Shown here piece after piece: positions 36,669 through 46,927 of a stretch of 64,000 bases of DNA; the first letter of the stretch is position 1, and the number at the start of each line of letters is the position of its first letter. This stretch comes from Parcubacteria group bacterium (GTDB lineage Bacteria; Patescibacteriota; Minisyncoccia; Moranbacterales; UBA11712). The stretch is taken from positions 178,771 to 242,770 of the forward strand of contig JBAZXV010000001.1 in the NCBI GenBank assembly GCA_041659685.1. The letters are read 5' to 3'. A model generated the notes under the pieces. That model was not told the origin of the DNA and did not search any database. It worked only from the letters and a program-made list of their open reading frames with translations. A program made the translations under genes and the position numbers.

Positions 36669-37145
36669 CTACGGCTGTAAATTTTCGGGCCTGATCTGGA
36701 TGCCGTCAGCCGTCATGGTGCCGTCGGAATTGCTTTTTCCGCTCACCATAACCTGTTCACCCATGTTAAGATCGGAAGAAGATCCCTGAATTGATTTTCC
36801 AATGGAAGTGCTGTCGGAAAAAAATATTATTTTCGATCCGCCATCCCTGGTCTTAATTGTCATGCTTTTGTCGTCTTTTGACATTATCTCCCCCGCCGCA
36901 ATGCCTCCGTTCTGAGCGCCCCCAGCTCCCTTTGCAAACCCGGAACCTCCCGCTCCTGCCGGACCGCCTTGTCCGCTTCCCATTTTTCGCTGCTGGCCGT
37001 CTTCAAACTGGCCGCCGCTGGCCTTTAAAAGCCCCTTTTTTCCAAGACTGCTTTTCTCAAAAGCCGTCCCGCCATAAAAAGCTCCTCCGCCGACAATAAT
37101 AATTAATATGATTCCGATAGATACGTACTTATTATTCATATGCAT
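36669..37145 (-). CDS. secreted Gly-rich protein with DUF5666-like C-terminal domain
   Basis: TM/signal helix, a Gly-rich linker, then [23 protein letters not shown] ... [27 protein letters not shown]. Confidence 0.5.
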   Translation of the reverse strand: MHMNNKYVSIGIILIIIVGGGAFYGGTAFEKSSLGKKGLLKASGGQFEDGQQRKMGSGQGGPAGAGGSGFAKGAGGAQNGGIAAGEIMSKDDKSMTIKTRDGGSKIIFFSDSTSIGKSIQGSSSDLNMGEQVMVSGKSNSDGTMTADGIQIRPENLQP

Positions 37146-37245
37146 TAAATTAAAAATTATTCATGAAGCTCCCAAGTTTGCAAAGGGGAATATAAACTCT
37201 AATTTTTTAAAAATCCAAATTTCTGGGATTTTGAGAAAAACTCTG

Positions 37246-37821
37246 TCACCTTGAGACGACATTGACGCTTGTCGTTTCATAGACAACTTTTCTGGCTCCG
37301 TCGAAGAGACCCTTTACGTCAATTTTATAATTCTTGTGAAGATAGGTTAATTTTTTCGTGCTGCCGCTCTTGGATCGGATAGTCGTATCATCAGACACAT
37401 ATACTTCCACTGTCCCGTGGCTCGATGTGCTTATCTTGATTATTTTTTTGGTCTTATCAATCTTTCTTATTTTTCCCCTTAGCGGATCTTCCAGCTTCCA
37501 AATAGAAAGATTGGTTACGCTGTCAGCCGATATGTCTTTGGAATTGTCTTTTTCTCCCCTTACATCGATATGGTCATTCTTTTTCATTTCATCGAGACTG
37601 GCTTTTTTCCCGTCATACCGGAAGAAATTAGCATCCGAAGTGTCAATATAATATTTTTTTCCGTTCAGTTTGGCTGTGATTGTGTCACCGGATACTTTGG
37701 TTATTTTAGCGTTCTCAAGCACCAAATCGCTTGACGCTTTAGCTGGCAAGATTGAAAAGAGTAAGGCAAGGGAGAAAAGAACAACTTTAACGGCAGTTTT
37801 CATTTTTAATGTTTTTTCCAT
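37246..37821 (-). CDS. secreted protein with two DUF5666-like repeats
   Basis: Signal peptide and two repeats of the pattern seen in 36669-37145 and 41068-41565. Confidence 0.5.
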   Translation of the reverse strand: MEKTLKMKTAVKVVLFSLALLFSILPAKASSDLVLENAKITKVSGDTITAKLNGKKYYIDTSDANFFRYDGKKASLDEMKKNDHIDVRGEKDNSKDISADSVTNLSIWKLEDPLRGKIRKIDKTKKIIKISTSSHGTVEVYVSDDTTIRSKSGSTKKLTYLHKNYKIDVKGLFDGARKVVYETTSVNVVSR

Positions 37822-37858
37822 TTTAGTTTTACTTTATTGATATATATTAAATTATTGC

Positions 37859-39073
37859 TTATTCGTATCTCAATGCTTCGATAGGGTTTAAATTGGCCGC
37901 CCGCCGGGCTGGATAGAATCCAAAGACTATTCCGACTGCCGCCGAAACCCCGAAGGCAAGCAGGATTGAATACGTTGAAATCTGCGTATTTTGGCCGGCA
38001 AATTTGGTGACGGCAAGAGATGCGCCCCAACCGACTAAAATTCCGATTATTCCGCCCAAAAAGGTCAGGGCAACCGCTTCTGACAGAAATTGCAGATTAA
38101 TATAGGCTTTTCTGGTACCAACCGCTTTCCGAAGTCCGATTTCCCTCGTTCTCTCCGTCACATTCATTAGCATCATATTCATTATCCCGATCCCTCCGAC
38201 AAGAAGCGAGATTCCGGCAATAGAGGAAAGCAGAATGGTGAATGTATTTGTCACGCTTGTCGCTGTGGCAATAATATCATTTTGGTTCAAGATATTGAAG
38301 TCCGCCTGCGTCGCATCCGAGATTTTGTGCCTCACAAGGAGGAGATCGGAAATTTGCTGCTGCACCGAAGTCATCGACGATTGGTCCACTGCGGCAATGC
38401 TGATGTCTGAGAGATAATTATTCCCGGTAAGATAATGCTGGGCAGCCGTAATCGGAACATAAACATAGTCGTCCGGATTATTAAATCCTGACCCGCCTTT
38501 AGCTTGCGTCACGCCAACCACCTTGAAATCAACTCCCTTTATTTTTATGGATTGGCCGACCGGATTGGAATTTTCGCCAAAAAGATCATCCCTGGCAGTG
38601 GGACCCACAATAGCCGCTTTTGCCGAGCTTTTGATTTGTTGGTCGGAAAAAAATGAACCGATGTCCATCGTCACGTTTCGGGCTGTCAGATAATCAGCGA
38701 TGGTTCCAACCACTTCCGTGTTCGTATTATTGCCTTTCGCCGTCACCTGATATCTTCGCGAAGATTCCGGAGCCACCGCCTTTACGCTTTGAATTTGATC
38801 TTTGATTGCCTGGGCATCCTCAGTCGTAAGCGTTTGAGAACTGCCGGCACCTTGGCTTATCCCGCCGACTCTCTGGGCTCCGGGCATGACAATGATAAGA
38901 TTGGAGCCGATAGCCTCAATATTGCTTTCGATGGAGCTTTGGGCTCCCTGCCCTATCGCCACCATTGTGATGACGCTCGCTATGCCGATAACAATACCCA
39001 AAATTGTAAGTCCGGAGCGGGCTTTATTTTGAGTCAGGGCCCAAATTGTTTCCTCAATTAAATCTTTTATCAT
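37859..39073 (-). CDS. ABC transporter permease, MacB/FtsX family
   Basis: MacB_PCD-like periplasmic domain between TM1 and TM2, and a C-terminal FtsX domain ending NPIEALRYE. Confidence 0.85.
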   Translation of the reverse strand: MIKDLIEETIWALTQNKARSGLTILGIVIGIASVITMVAIGQGAQSSIESNIEAIGSNLIIVMPGAQRVGGISQGAGSSQTLTTEDAQAIKDQIQSVKAVAPESSRRYQVTAKGNNTNTEVVGTIADYLTARNVTMDIGSFFSDQQIKSSAKAAIVGPTARDDLFGENSNPVGQSIKIKGVDFKVVGVTQAKGGSGFNNPDDYVYVPITAAQHYLTGNNYLSDISIAAVDQSSMTSVQQQISDLLLVRHKISDATQADFNILNQNDIIATATSVTNTFTILLSSIAGISLLVGGIGIMNMMLMNVTERTREIGLRKAVGTRKAYINLQFLSEAVALTFLGGIIGILVGWGASLAVTKFAGQNTQISTYSILLAFGVSAAVGIVFGFYPARRAANLNPIEALRYE

Positions 39074-39130
39074 TTCTTCCTGCCCAGTTAAATGCCTCCG
39101 ACAAAGTCAAGGCAATTTCGCAAGGTGAAA

Positions 39131-39814
39131 CTATTTAACGGATTGAATGTCGCTTTCAATGAGGCCGTCACGGACAGAAATTATCCGGTCTGCGAAATCA
39201 GCCACCTCCATTTCGTGCGTAATAAGAACAATAGTATGGCCATTTTTGTTGAGTTTTTTGAAAGTATCCATGACTTTATGGCTGGTTTTTGTATCGAGAT
39301 TGCCTGTCGGTTCATCAGCCAAAATAATCGAGGGATTGTTTATAAGAGCCCGCGCAATAGCCACTCTTTGCATCTGCCCGCCGGAAAGCTGATTAGAGAG
39401 ATTAAAAAATTTTCCCTCCTCGAGTCCTGTTTGCTCCAATGCTTTTCTGGCTCTCTTCTCCCGTTCTTTATATGGCGTGCCCGTATAAAGCAGCGGCATC
39501 ATTACATTCCGAAGCACTGTTGTCCTGGGAAGAAGATTAAATGCCTGAAAAACGAAACCTATTTTATTTCGGCGCAGATCAGATAATTCATTATCCGAAA
39601 GCATGGAAACTTCTTTTCCGTCCAAAAAATATTCTCCGCTTGTCGGAGTGTCCAATGCCCCCAGCAAGTGCATAAGAGTGGATTTTCCGCTCCCGGAAGG
39701 TCCGATTATGGAAACAAATTCACCTTCCTTTATCCTGAATGAAACTTCCTTAAGAGCGGTTGTTTCCACATCGCCGTTAATATAAACCTTTTTAAGATTT
39801 TTACATTCTATCAT
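39131..39814 (-). CDS. ABC transporter ATP-binding protein (MacB/LolD-type)
   Basis: Walker A GPSGSGKST, signature LSGGQMQR and Walker B ILADEPTGNLD. Confidence 0.9.
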   Translation of the reverse strand: MIECKNLKKVYINGDVETTALKEVSFRIKEGEFVSIIGPSGSGKSTLMHLLGALDTPTSGEYFLDGKEVSMLSDNELSDLRRNKIGFVFQAFNLLPRTTVLRNVMMPLLYTGTPYKEREKRARKALEQTGLEEGKFFNLSNQLSGGQMQRVAIARALINNPSIILADEPTGNLDTKTSHKVMDTFKKLNKNGHTIVLITHEMEVADFADRIISVRDGLIESDIQSVK

Positions 39815-39845
39815 AGTTTATGTTGAGCTTTTCGGAACGCAATAT

Positions 39846-41066
39846 TTAACGGCCGCCGCCGCCCAATCCGGGAATCCTAAGGGATGACGATCCTCCCCCT
39901 GCCCCGCTTGAAGAACTTGCGCTTGTCGCATTCAGGTTGATGGTTTGGGTGACAACTTTATCTCCCTCATTAATCCCGTTTGCAATTTCCGTGTCTGTTC
40001 CGTTTGAAATGCCGATTTCAACGTTTTTCCGCACCGGAGTCTGGCCGTCATTTAAGACTTCCACATATGTTAATCCGCCCTGGCTTTTTACAGCGCTTGC
40101 CGGCGTTATTAAAACATTTTGCTTGACGTCGGTGATTATAGAGGCTGAAACGCTCATTTCCGGCTTAATTCTTGAATCCAGTGAATCAATATTAATCGTG
40201 ACGTTATAAGTCACAACACCTTGATCGATAGTGCCCAGAGAGTCTATTTTTTCAACTGCTCCCGTTGTCTGAAGCCCGTCGACAGCGTCAAAACTTAGCG
40301 AAACTTTTTGCCCTTGAGACACATTCGCCACATCCACTTCGTTAACTTGCACTTGGGCTTTCATCGTTCCAAGATCACCGATGATAATCGGCGCCTGTGA
40401 AGTACTGCTTGAAGAGAGCCGGCTGAGATCATCACCGTTCTTTATGTTTACGGCGTTAACAGTTCCGTCGATCGTGGCCGTTACCTTTCTTTTGCCAGCC
40501 TCGGTCAGAGTGTTGCTGTAATCCGCCTGGGTGGCGGCGAGATTTTTTTCCGCCTGGGTGACTTTATCTTCAGCCGTATCAATCTTGTCCTTCATTACTT
40601 TCAATTGTTTGTCAGTGTAAGTCCCCGGAGTCTTTTCTTCTTTCTTTTTGTTGGCATTATAGTCGGCTTTAGCTGACTTCACATCCACTTTTGCTGATTC
40701 AACGGCGTCTTTGGATTGTTTTAGCGAGGCATTCGCTTTCGCAACGCTAACCGTCAAATCACCGTTGACAATATTAAAAAGAAATTGGCCTTTTTTCACT
40801 TGGTCCCCCACAGCCACCGCCAAATCGGCCACCGTCCCTGTGATTGTCGGATCGACTGTGGCGCTTTGGTCCACTATAATATTTCCGCTTGCAGAGATAG
40901 AGGAAGTAAGAGTACCTTTTTCGACAGCCTGAGTGGTATACTGCGCCTGGGTGGTCGTCGTTTTTGATTTTTTGTACCAGTAATAGCTTCCCCCGGCTAT
41001 TAACAGCACTATCGCAATCCAAACATACTTCCTCTTTTTTCCAAGCATGGAGTGTATTTTTGCCAT
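39846..41066 (-). CDS. HlyD/MacA-like periplasmic adaptor (membrane fusion) protein
   Basis: N-terminal TM helix, a biotinyl-lipoyl-like segment (GTVADLAVAVGDQVKKGQFLF), a coiled-coil hairpin and beta-barrel domains. Start taken at MAKIHSML (41066). Confidence 0.75.
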   Translation of the reverse strand: MAKIHSMLGKKRKYVWIAIVLLIAGGSYYWYKKSKTTTTQAQYTTQAVEKGTLTSSISASGNIIVDQSATVDPTITGTVADLAVAVGDQVKKGQFLFNIVNGDLTVSVAKANASLKQSKDAVESAKVDVKSAKADYNANKKKEEKTPGTYTDKQLKVMKDKIDTAEDKVTQAEKNLAATQADYSNTLTEAGKRKVTATIDGTVNAVNIKNGDDLSRLSSSSTSQAPIIIGDLGTMKAQVQVNEVDVANVSQGQKVSLSFDAVDGLQTTGAVEKIDSLGTIDQGVVTYNVTINIDSLDSRIKPEMSVSASIITDVKQNVLITPASAVKSQGGLTYVEVLNDGQTPVRKNVEIGISNGTDTEIANGINEGDKVVTQTINLNATSASSSSGAGGGSSSLRIPGLGGGGR

Positions 41067-41067
41067 A

Positions 41068-41565
41068 TTAATTGTTTTCACTGCCGCTAAAAACTCGGAC
41101 CAGATCAGCATTCACCACGCCATTGTCTCCCGGGCTTCCCATAACTACGATTCGGTCATCCTTTTTAAGGTCGCCGATTTTAATGTCATCGCTTTGCCGC
41201 TTGATAATAGTTTTGTCCGTCACCGCAACAGTGTTTTCTTTTCCGTCTCTGTCCCTGACGATTATATTATTGTCTGAAATTGAAATAACTGCTCCGGCAA
41301 GCCCATGAGCATTTCTAAAATCCCGACTCTCCGGATCAAATGGCAGGCCGGGCCTCGCCTGCGGTCCCGGCGGAAAATCAGGCCTGATCCGGTGGGAACC
41401 GACAAAGTTTCGCTCGTAATTTTCGCCGAACTTATAGGAAAACCTGGCTTTTTTAAGACCAACCGCCACACCGCCGGCAAAACTGGCAAGGATTACCAAA
41501 AATACCCCTATAGCCAGAGCGGCCACTTTGATCATTTTTGATTTTGTCGCTTCTTGCGTATCCAT
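41068..41565 (-). CDS. membrane-anchored DUF5666-like protein
   Basis: TM helix plus ISISDNNIIVRDRDGKENTVAVTDKTIIKRQSDDIKIGDLKKDDRIVVMGSPGDNGVVNADLVRVF. Confidence 0.5.
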   Translation of the reverse strand: MDTQEATKSKMIKVAALAIGVFLVILASFAGGVAVGLKKARFSYKFGENYERNFVGSHRIRPDFPPGPQARPGLPFDPESRDFRNAHGLAGAVISISDNNIIVRDRDGKENTVAVTDKTIIKRQSDDIKIGDLKKDDRIVVMGSPGDNGVVNADLVRVFSGSENN

Positions 41566-41731
41566 ATATATTATATATCTTAATTAAATAATTACCCTTC
41601 GCCATCAGCCTGCCCTCCGAAAAAATTATATTTTTATACCTTTATTTAGCGGACCGCCGCCTCCCGCATCCGGCGCAAAAATAAAAACCTGAATCCTGTC
41701 CGCTAATTTTCAAAAAAGCGGATCAAAAACC

Positions 41732-42139
41732 TCACACCCAGTTTTTAGTGTGATAATTGCTTGTCGATTTAAAATAAAAATCGATCGACAAAATCAGAAG
41801 CAAAACCGACGCAAGAACTATGGCCAAAGAAGCGGCCGGAAATGTTTCAAGAAGCGAAAAGGCAAAATCCTTCCAAAATGAAGCGACTGCCGCCGTATCA
41901 GATCCCGCCAGCCTCAAAAGGCTCCAAAATTCCGATTTGGCGATTCCGTTCCAAAAATTCATAACAACAAAAATAAAAGCCCCGAGAGAGAAAAGTGTGA
42001 GCGCGTCCGCAAAAATAAGCCTTTTCTTTGACCGCCAGCTTTTTTCCAAAGCAATTGATTTCAGTATTTTCTCTTCGATCCCCTGCGAAGGTTCGATATT
42101 TTTGAGGTTTTTGAACAGGCTCTGCATAGTATGTGGCAT
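41732..42139 (-). CDS. hypothetical membrane protein (possible anti-sigma factor)
   Basis: Short cytoplasmic N-terminus followed by TM helices. Position near the ECF sigma gene is the only functional hint. Confidence 0.35.
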   Translation of the reverse strand: MPHTMQSLFKNLKNIEPSQGIEEKILKSIALEKSWRSKKRLIFADALTLFSLGAFIFVVMNFWNGIAKSEFWSLLRLAGSDTAAVASFWKDFAFSLLETFPAASLAIVLASVLLLILSIDFYFKSTSNYHTKNWV

Positions 42140-42245
42140 ATAATTATATTACGAGTGAATGCCTGTTATGGACGCATCCGTGTTTTTTGTGGTATTTTTG
42201 CCTTAGCTTTGATAAAGTTTTACTGATAAATCTGCCGACAACAAA

Positions 42246-42884
42246 ATGAGCCTGATTAAGACAAAATACGATAAAAATTATTTTGAAAATTATTTTTATC
42301 GAGAGAAATTAAACTCCCAAAGAAACGAAAAACGGATCAAGGAGCTCCTCAAAAACAAAAAGGATGGAGAATTGCTGGAATTGGGATGCGGCGAGGGTAA
42401 TTTCCTTAAGAAGGCAGAACCATTTTTTAATATTAGCGGATTGGACATTTCCAGTTATGCCGTAAGGAAGGCAATCAAATTGCTTGGATACAAAGTTTAT
42501 CAAGACGATATTAACGGAACTTCTCTACGAAAAAATTATTACGACGCAATTATAGCATTCAATGTGCTGGAGCACATGAAAAATCCTAAGATAATTATTA
42601 ATAAGTCATGCCAAGCGCTCAAAAAGGACGGGATATTGTTTGGGTCTGTTCCAAACAACTTCGGAGTTATTGGCAAAATAGCGACAAAATTTTCAAATAA
42701 AATTGATAAAACGCACTGTTCGACTTATATCCCTTCCGTTTGGAAAAAACATTTTTCTGACGCGGGCTTTAAAAGCATAATTTTCTTCGGCGAAACTCCG
42801 ATCGGAAGAAATCGCAATATCTACCTTAAGAATAAATTATGGAAATATTTTTCATTTAATCTTATATTTGTTTGCAAGAAATAA
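42246..42884 (+). CDS. class I SAM-dependent methyltransferase
   Basis: Motif I LELGCGEGN and an AFNVLEHM post-II motif. Confidence 0.75.
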   Translation: MSLIKTKYDKNYFENYFYREKLNSQRNEKRIKELLKNKKDGELLELGCGEGNFLKKAEPFFNISGLDISSYAVRKAIKLLGYKVYQDDINGTSLRKNYYDAIIAFNVLEHMKNPKIIINKSCQALKKDGILFGSVPNNFGVIGKIATKFSNKIDKTHCSTYIPSVWKKHFSDAGFKSIIFFGETPIGRNRNIYLKNKLWKYFSFNLIFVCKK

Positions 42885-42925
42885 TTCCTTACCCGTCCCG
42901 GCACTTAAAGTCGGGGTGAATTTTT

Positions 42926-43477
42926 TTATTTTAGAAATTCTTTCAGCTTTTTCAGCCCTCTTTGATGCCGGCTTTTGATAGTGTTATACGGCTCTTCCAA
43001 AATTTCAGAGATTTCGTGGAGGGAAAAGTCTTCCTTATAGCGCAGAAGCAATATCGCGCGGTAGTGCGGCGGGAGTTTTTGGAGAAGGGCGCCCAATTCT
43101 TCGGCGATGTTTTTTCGTTCCAGAATTTCATCCGGCAAAAATTTTTCGTCCTCAATATTTTCGAGCCAATTTTCCCCTTCTTCATCTGAAAATTTGGAGA
43201 AGGGAATTTCTTTTTTCTTCTTGAAATAATCAAAGGCCGTGTTTTTGGCGATGGCGAAAAGCCAAGTTTTGAAACTCTTCTTCGGATCGAAACGCCTTAG
43301 GTTCTTCCATACCTTTACGAAAGCGACTTGCGTTAAATCTTCGGCCGTATCGCGGTCGTTCACTAATCGGAAGATAAAATTATATACCGGTTTCAGGTAT
43401 ATTTTCACGATTTCCGAAAAAACGGCTTCATCGCCGCTTAAATGTTTTTTGATCAGTTCCTTGTCGTTCGATTCCAT
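42926..43477 (-). CDS. RNA polymerase ECF-type sigma-70 factor
   Basis: Region 2 (DTAEDLTQVAFVKVWKNLRRFD ... FKTWLFAIAKN) and a region 4 HTH (FSLHEISEILEEPYNTIKSRHQRGLKKL). Confidence 0.85.
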   Translation of the reverse strand: MESNDKELIKKHLSGDEAVFSEIVKIYLKPVYNFIFRLVNDRDTAEDLTQVAFVKVWKNLRRFDPKKSFKTWLFAIAKNTAFDYFKKKKEIPFSKFSDEEGENWLENIEDEKFLPDEILERKNIAEELGALLQKLPPHYRAILLLRYKEDFSLHEISEILEEPYNTIKSRHQRGLKKLKEFLK

Positions 43478-43490
43478 AAACTTTCCAAAT

Positions 43491-44603
43491 TCAACTTTTT
43501 AGCCATTCCAGTGTTTCACGCGCGCATTTCTCCCACAAAAAATCCTCAGCTCTTTTGAGGCCCTTTTCTGCCAGTTGTTTCTGCAGATTATTGTTTCCCA
43601 GGATTTCCCGCAAAGATTTTTCCAATTCAATGGCATTATTTGGCTTATATAAAATACCGTTTCCCCCTATGATTTCCCCCAGACTTGAATTATCAGCCGC
43701 AACAACCGGCGTTCCGCAAGCCATCGCCTCGAGAACAGGTATGCCGAATCCCTCATAAAGAGAGGGAAGAACGAAAACTTCCGCGCCCCAAAGGAGAGCC
43801 GGCAGATCCGCAGTCTCATATTTTCCCGTCGAAATAATCTTCGGATTATTTTTTATGCGCTTCATTGTCTCTTCATACATCCATCCCAGATCCCCGGCAA
43901 TCACAAGTTTTTTTTCTTTTACCGATCCGTCTCTTTGCAGAGATTCAAACGCGTCGATCAAGGCCTGGATATTTTTTCTCGGCTGCAAGGCTCCGGCATA
44001 GATTATATATTTGTCCGCCGGCAATTTGTATTTAGCTCTTATTTTTTCCATCCGCTCTTCCGAGACATTTCTGCTAAATAAATCTTTGTCGTATCCGTGA
44101 TAAATGACTCTTATTTTCTCTTCGCGCAGTCCCGGATATATTTTCAGGAGATCATTTTTTGTCGAATTAGAAACGGCAATCAGCTTGTCGGCGTTGCGAA
44201 CCGCATAGTCAGTGAAGAAATTCAAGCGGCGCAAATCTTTTTTAGGAAAATGATCGGGAAATAATTTGAAAGCGAGATCATGGATCGTGACAATGGTTTT
44301 AGTGTTCTTTGACCTGAGAAGGGGCAGGGAATGCATCGGCATCCAAAGGATATCAGGTTTTGTTTTTCGCATTTCCCAGGCAAAACGGGTTTGCGTCCAG
44401 TAAAAGGGAAACTTAAGCTTTATTATTTTGTAATTGTCAAAAACGGGAAATTTTAATTCCGGATTAAATTCATTTTCGTGATATATCAAAAATTGGTCCT
44501 CCGTGTCAAGAAGACCAAAATTTTTTAGAACGTTTTGAATATAAATCCGCGTGCCGTCAATCCGCTTATGGTCAAGATCCGCCGCACTTATGGCAATTTT
44601 CAT
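43491..44603 (-). CDS. glycosyltransferase family 4 (GT-B, group 1)
   Basis: C-terminal EGFGIPVLEAMACGTPVV signature. Confidence 0.8.
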   Translation of the reverse strand: MKIAISAADLDHKRIDGTRIYIQNVLKNFGLLDTEDQFLIYHENEFNPELKFPVFDNYKIIKLKFPFYWTQTRFAWEMRKTKPDILWMPMHSLPLLRSKNTKTIVTIHDLAFKLFPDHFPKKDLRRLNFFTDYAVRNADKLIAVSNSTKNDLLKIYPGLREEKIRVIYHGYDKDLFSRNVSEERMEKIRAKYKLPADKYIIYAGALQPRKNIQALIDAFESLQRDGSVKEKKLVIAGDLGWMYEETMKRIKNNPKIISTGKYETADLPALLWGAEVFVLPSLYEGFGIPVLEAMACGTPVVAADNSSLGEIIGGNGILYKPNNAIELEKSLREILGNNNLQKQLAEKGLKRAEDFLWEKCARETLEWLKS

Positions 44604-44604
44604 A

Positions 44605-46095
44605 TTAATAATTTTTGAATTTTCCTTTTTTCACATCCCTCAAAAATTCCATAAAACCTTCCTGCGCTTCCTGTTCAAACATCGCCCTAACGGCCATAGG
44701 CGTGGTCGCCGGTGATTTCCAGTTGTATATGGGTTTTAGGTTTTTTCTCATGATATAAGCGGTTTTGACCAAAAAGTTCGTGTCGCCCTGCACGGGACAG
44801 GCGTAGATATAGTCTTCAGGATCACCGCTTTGATTAAATCCGCCCTTGACCTCAAAAGTAACCGGCAAACCCTGGTTTTTTATTTTCCTGAACGCCTCAA
44901 CCGGATCCGGATAATGATTGAAATTTTTATTGAGATATTTTATATTCTCGTTTTTTATATCTTTGAGTTGATGAGACTCAACCATCACAGTGCGGCTGAG
45001 TTTCCGGTCAAAAAAACAGGCTCCGCCTTTTTGGGGCTTCAAGGGATTTTGGGCCACAATCTCCATCACCATGTTATATCCCTTTTTCCCAAGCTCAAGC
45101 GCCAGAGCAAGACTGGGAAGATCCACGGCGCAGGTGAGATAACCCAGATCCTCGACGTTATAAGAGAGCAGATCGTCATGAGCAGCCAGAATATCCTCAA
45201 ATTCCCGGCTGGAAAGAAAAAATCTCCTGCCTGTGTCCTTCGGATCAACCCTGAAAATGACATTGTCATGTGTTTTTTGCATGATCATCTGTCCGTGATT
45301 GTGAAGCCTCTTGTTTTTTTCCGTTGTTCGATCATAAAAAAGACTTCCTTCTTTGATATACATCCCGTGAAAACTTCTTTGGATCATGAAATATATCCTT
45401 TGCGGGCTAAACCCGAAAAAATTGAACCGCTTGAATTCATCAAGAATTTCTTCCGCCGTCTGCTCGTTCAAAACGATCAAGGCGCTTTGTTTTTCCAGAA
45501 CGTTGTTTGGATTTTTGTTATTCTGCCTTGCAATCCTGGCGACATCATAAGCCATTTGAAGCATGTGCCGATTGCCAAGGGAAATGCTTCGCATCTCCCG
45601 GGGATCTCTTCCTGCGATTTCCAGAACCTTTTTTTTGGTTATTTCTCTTGCTATTCCCCTTCTTTTCTCAGCCAGTTTTTTTCCTTTTACTCCGCCTTTT
45701 TTTAGTTCCTGAAGAGCCTCCTGGCGGATGTGTCCGACAACCTCGTCGAGAGAGAATTGGCTGAGATCGAGGAGATATTTTGTTCCCAACCCCAAACGGG
45801 TGGCTTCCCCCGCCGCCGTATGCTCCCAGAAAAATTTTCCCTCAAGGATCGCTTTTTCCGAGACCGAAGTTCCTATTTTGTCATCATCAAGCACAATTAT
45901 CCTTTTCTCGTCAATCGGCTCGAGATATTTATAATTTTCGTAGGCGTTAATCTTTGGCTGATCTTTTTTTATCTCGGCAATTGTCGTTTTTCCGGCATTC
46001 TTATAAAAACGATGCAGCATCCATTCAATATACCGCGCCACCGAGATGCGGTATTCCTCAAATGAATCGAGATGAATTTTCGGTTTATTGCCCAT
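44605..46095 (-). CDS. putative sugar-1-phosphate nucleotidyltransferase (UDPGP-like); function uncertain
   Basis: 496-aa ORF with AAGEATRLGLGTKY, resembling the G-x-G-T-R-L nucleotide-binding loop. It lies within the polysaccharide locus. Confidence 0.35.
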   Translation of the reverse strand: MGNKPKIHLDSFEEYRISVARYIEWMLHRFYKNAGKTTIAEIKKDQPKINAYENYKYLEPIDEKRIIVLDDDKIGTSVSEKAILEGKFFWEHTAAGEATRLGLGTKYLLDLSQFSLDEVVGHIRQEALQELKKGGVKGKKLAEKRRGIAREITKKKVLEIAGRDPREMRSISLGNRHMLQMAYDVARIARQNNKNPNNVLEKQSALIVLNEQTAEEILDEFKRFNFFGFSPQRIYFMIQRSFHGMYIKEGSLFYDRTTEKNKRLHNHGQMIMQKTHDNVIFRVDPKDTGRRFFLSSREFEDILAAHDDLLSYNVEDLGYLTCAVDLPSLALALELGKKGYNMVMEIVAQNPLKPQKGGACFFDRKLSRTVMVESHQLKDIKNENIKYLNKNFNHYPDPVEAFRKIKNQGLPVTFEVKGGFNQSGDPEDYIYACPVQGDTNFLVKTAYIMRKNLKPIYNWKSPATTPMAVRAMFEQEAQEGFMEFLRDVKKGKFKNY

Positions 46096-46113
46096 AACTT
46101 TAATATGTTTACG

Positions 46114-46923
46114 CTATAGTAATCTTTTTTTCGCAATCGCTTTCAATTCCGCGTTGAACTCTTCAATCGCCTGATCGATGAGAGGATCAAAATTCTTGTA
46201 TATTTCTTTGTCTCTGACAATATTCCCGGCATCGAGCAAAGAATCATAAGTTCCCGCATCCAGCCATTCGCCGGATATTTTGTTAACATTCAGCTCGCCC
46301 ATATCCAAATATTTTTTATTTACATCGGTTATTTCTATTTCCCCTCTTTCCGACGGCTTCAGGCTTTTGGCAATTTCTACGACGCGATTGTCGTAAATAT
46401 ACGCCCCCGTCACGCAATAATTGCTTTTCGGATTTTCCGGCTTCTCTTCGATTGAAATGGCTTTTCCGGTGCCGTCGAATTCAACGATTCCGAATCTTTC
46501 CGGATCCGGAACCTCTTTGGCGAAAATCATTCCTCCCTCTCCGAATTTCTTTATAAACGAAGAAAGATCGTCTTCAAAAATATTGTCGCCAAGTATCATC
46601 GTTACGCTGTCCTTTCCAATAAAGGGTTCTCCCAAAATAAACGCATCCGCCAGTCCTTTGGGAAGCTTTTGAACCTCGAAATAAAGATGAATCCCGTGAT
46701 TTTTGAAAATCGATCCGAGAAGATTCAGAAATTGGCCTGAATGATCAGGCGAAACAATCATCAGAATATCTTTGATTCCCGCCTTGATAAGGACATTCAG
46801 CGGATAAAAGACCATCTGCCGGTTATAAACCGGGAGAAGCTGCTTCGAGGTTGTCGCGGTAAGCGGAAACAGTCTTGTAGCCGTCCCGCCGGCGAGAATT
46901 ATCCCCTTCATTTTTTTTGCCAT
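46114..46923 (-). CDS. rfbA: glucose-1-phosphate thymidylyltransferase
   Basis: MKGIILAGGTATRLFPLTATTSKQLLPVYNRQMVFYPL and EITDVNKKYL ... WLDAGTYDSLLDAG. Confidence 0.8.
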   Translation of the reverse strand: MAKKMKGIILAGGTATRLFPLTATTSKQLLPVYNRQMVFYPLNVLIKAGIKDILMIVSPDHSGQFLNLLGSIFKNHGIHLYFEVQKLPKGLADAFILGEPFIGKDSVTMILGDNIFEDDLSSFIKKFGEGGMIFAKEVPDPERFGIVEFDGTGKAISIEEKPENPKSNYCVTGAYIYDNRVVEIAKSLKPSERGEIEITDVNKKYLDMGELNVNKISGEWLDAGTYDSLLDAGNIVRDKEIYKNFDPLIDQAIEEFNAELKAIAKKRLL

Positions 46924-46927
46924 ACGA

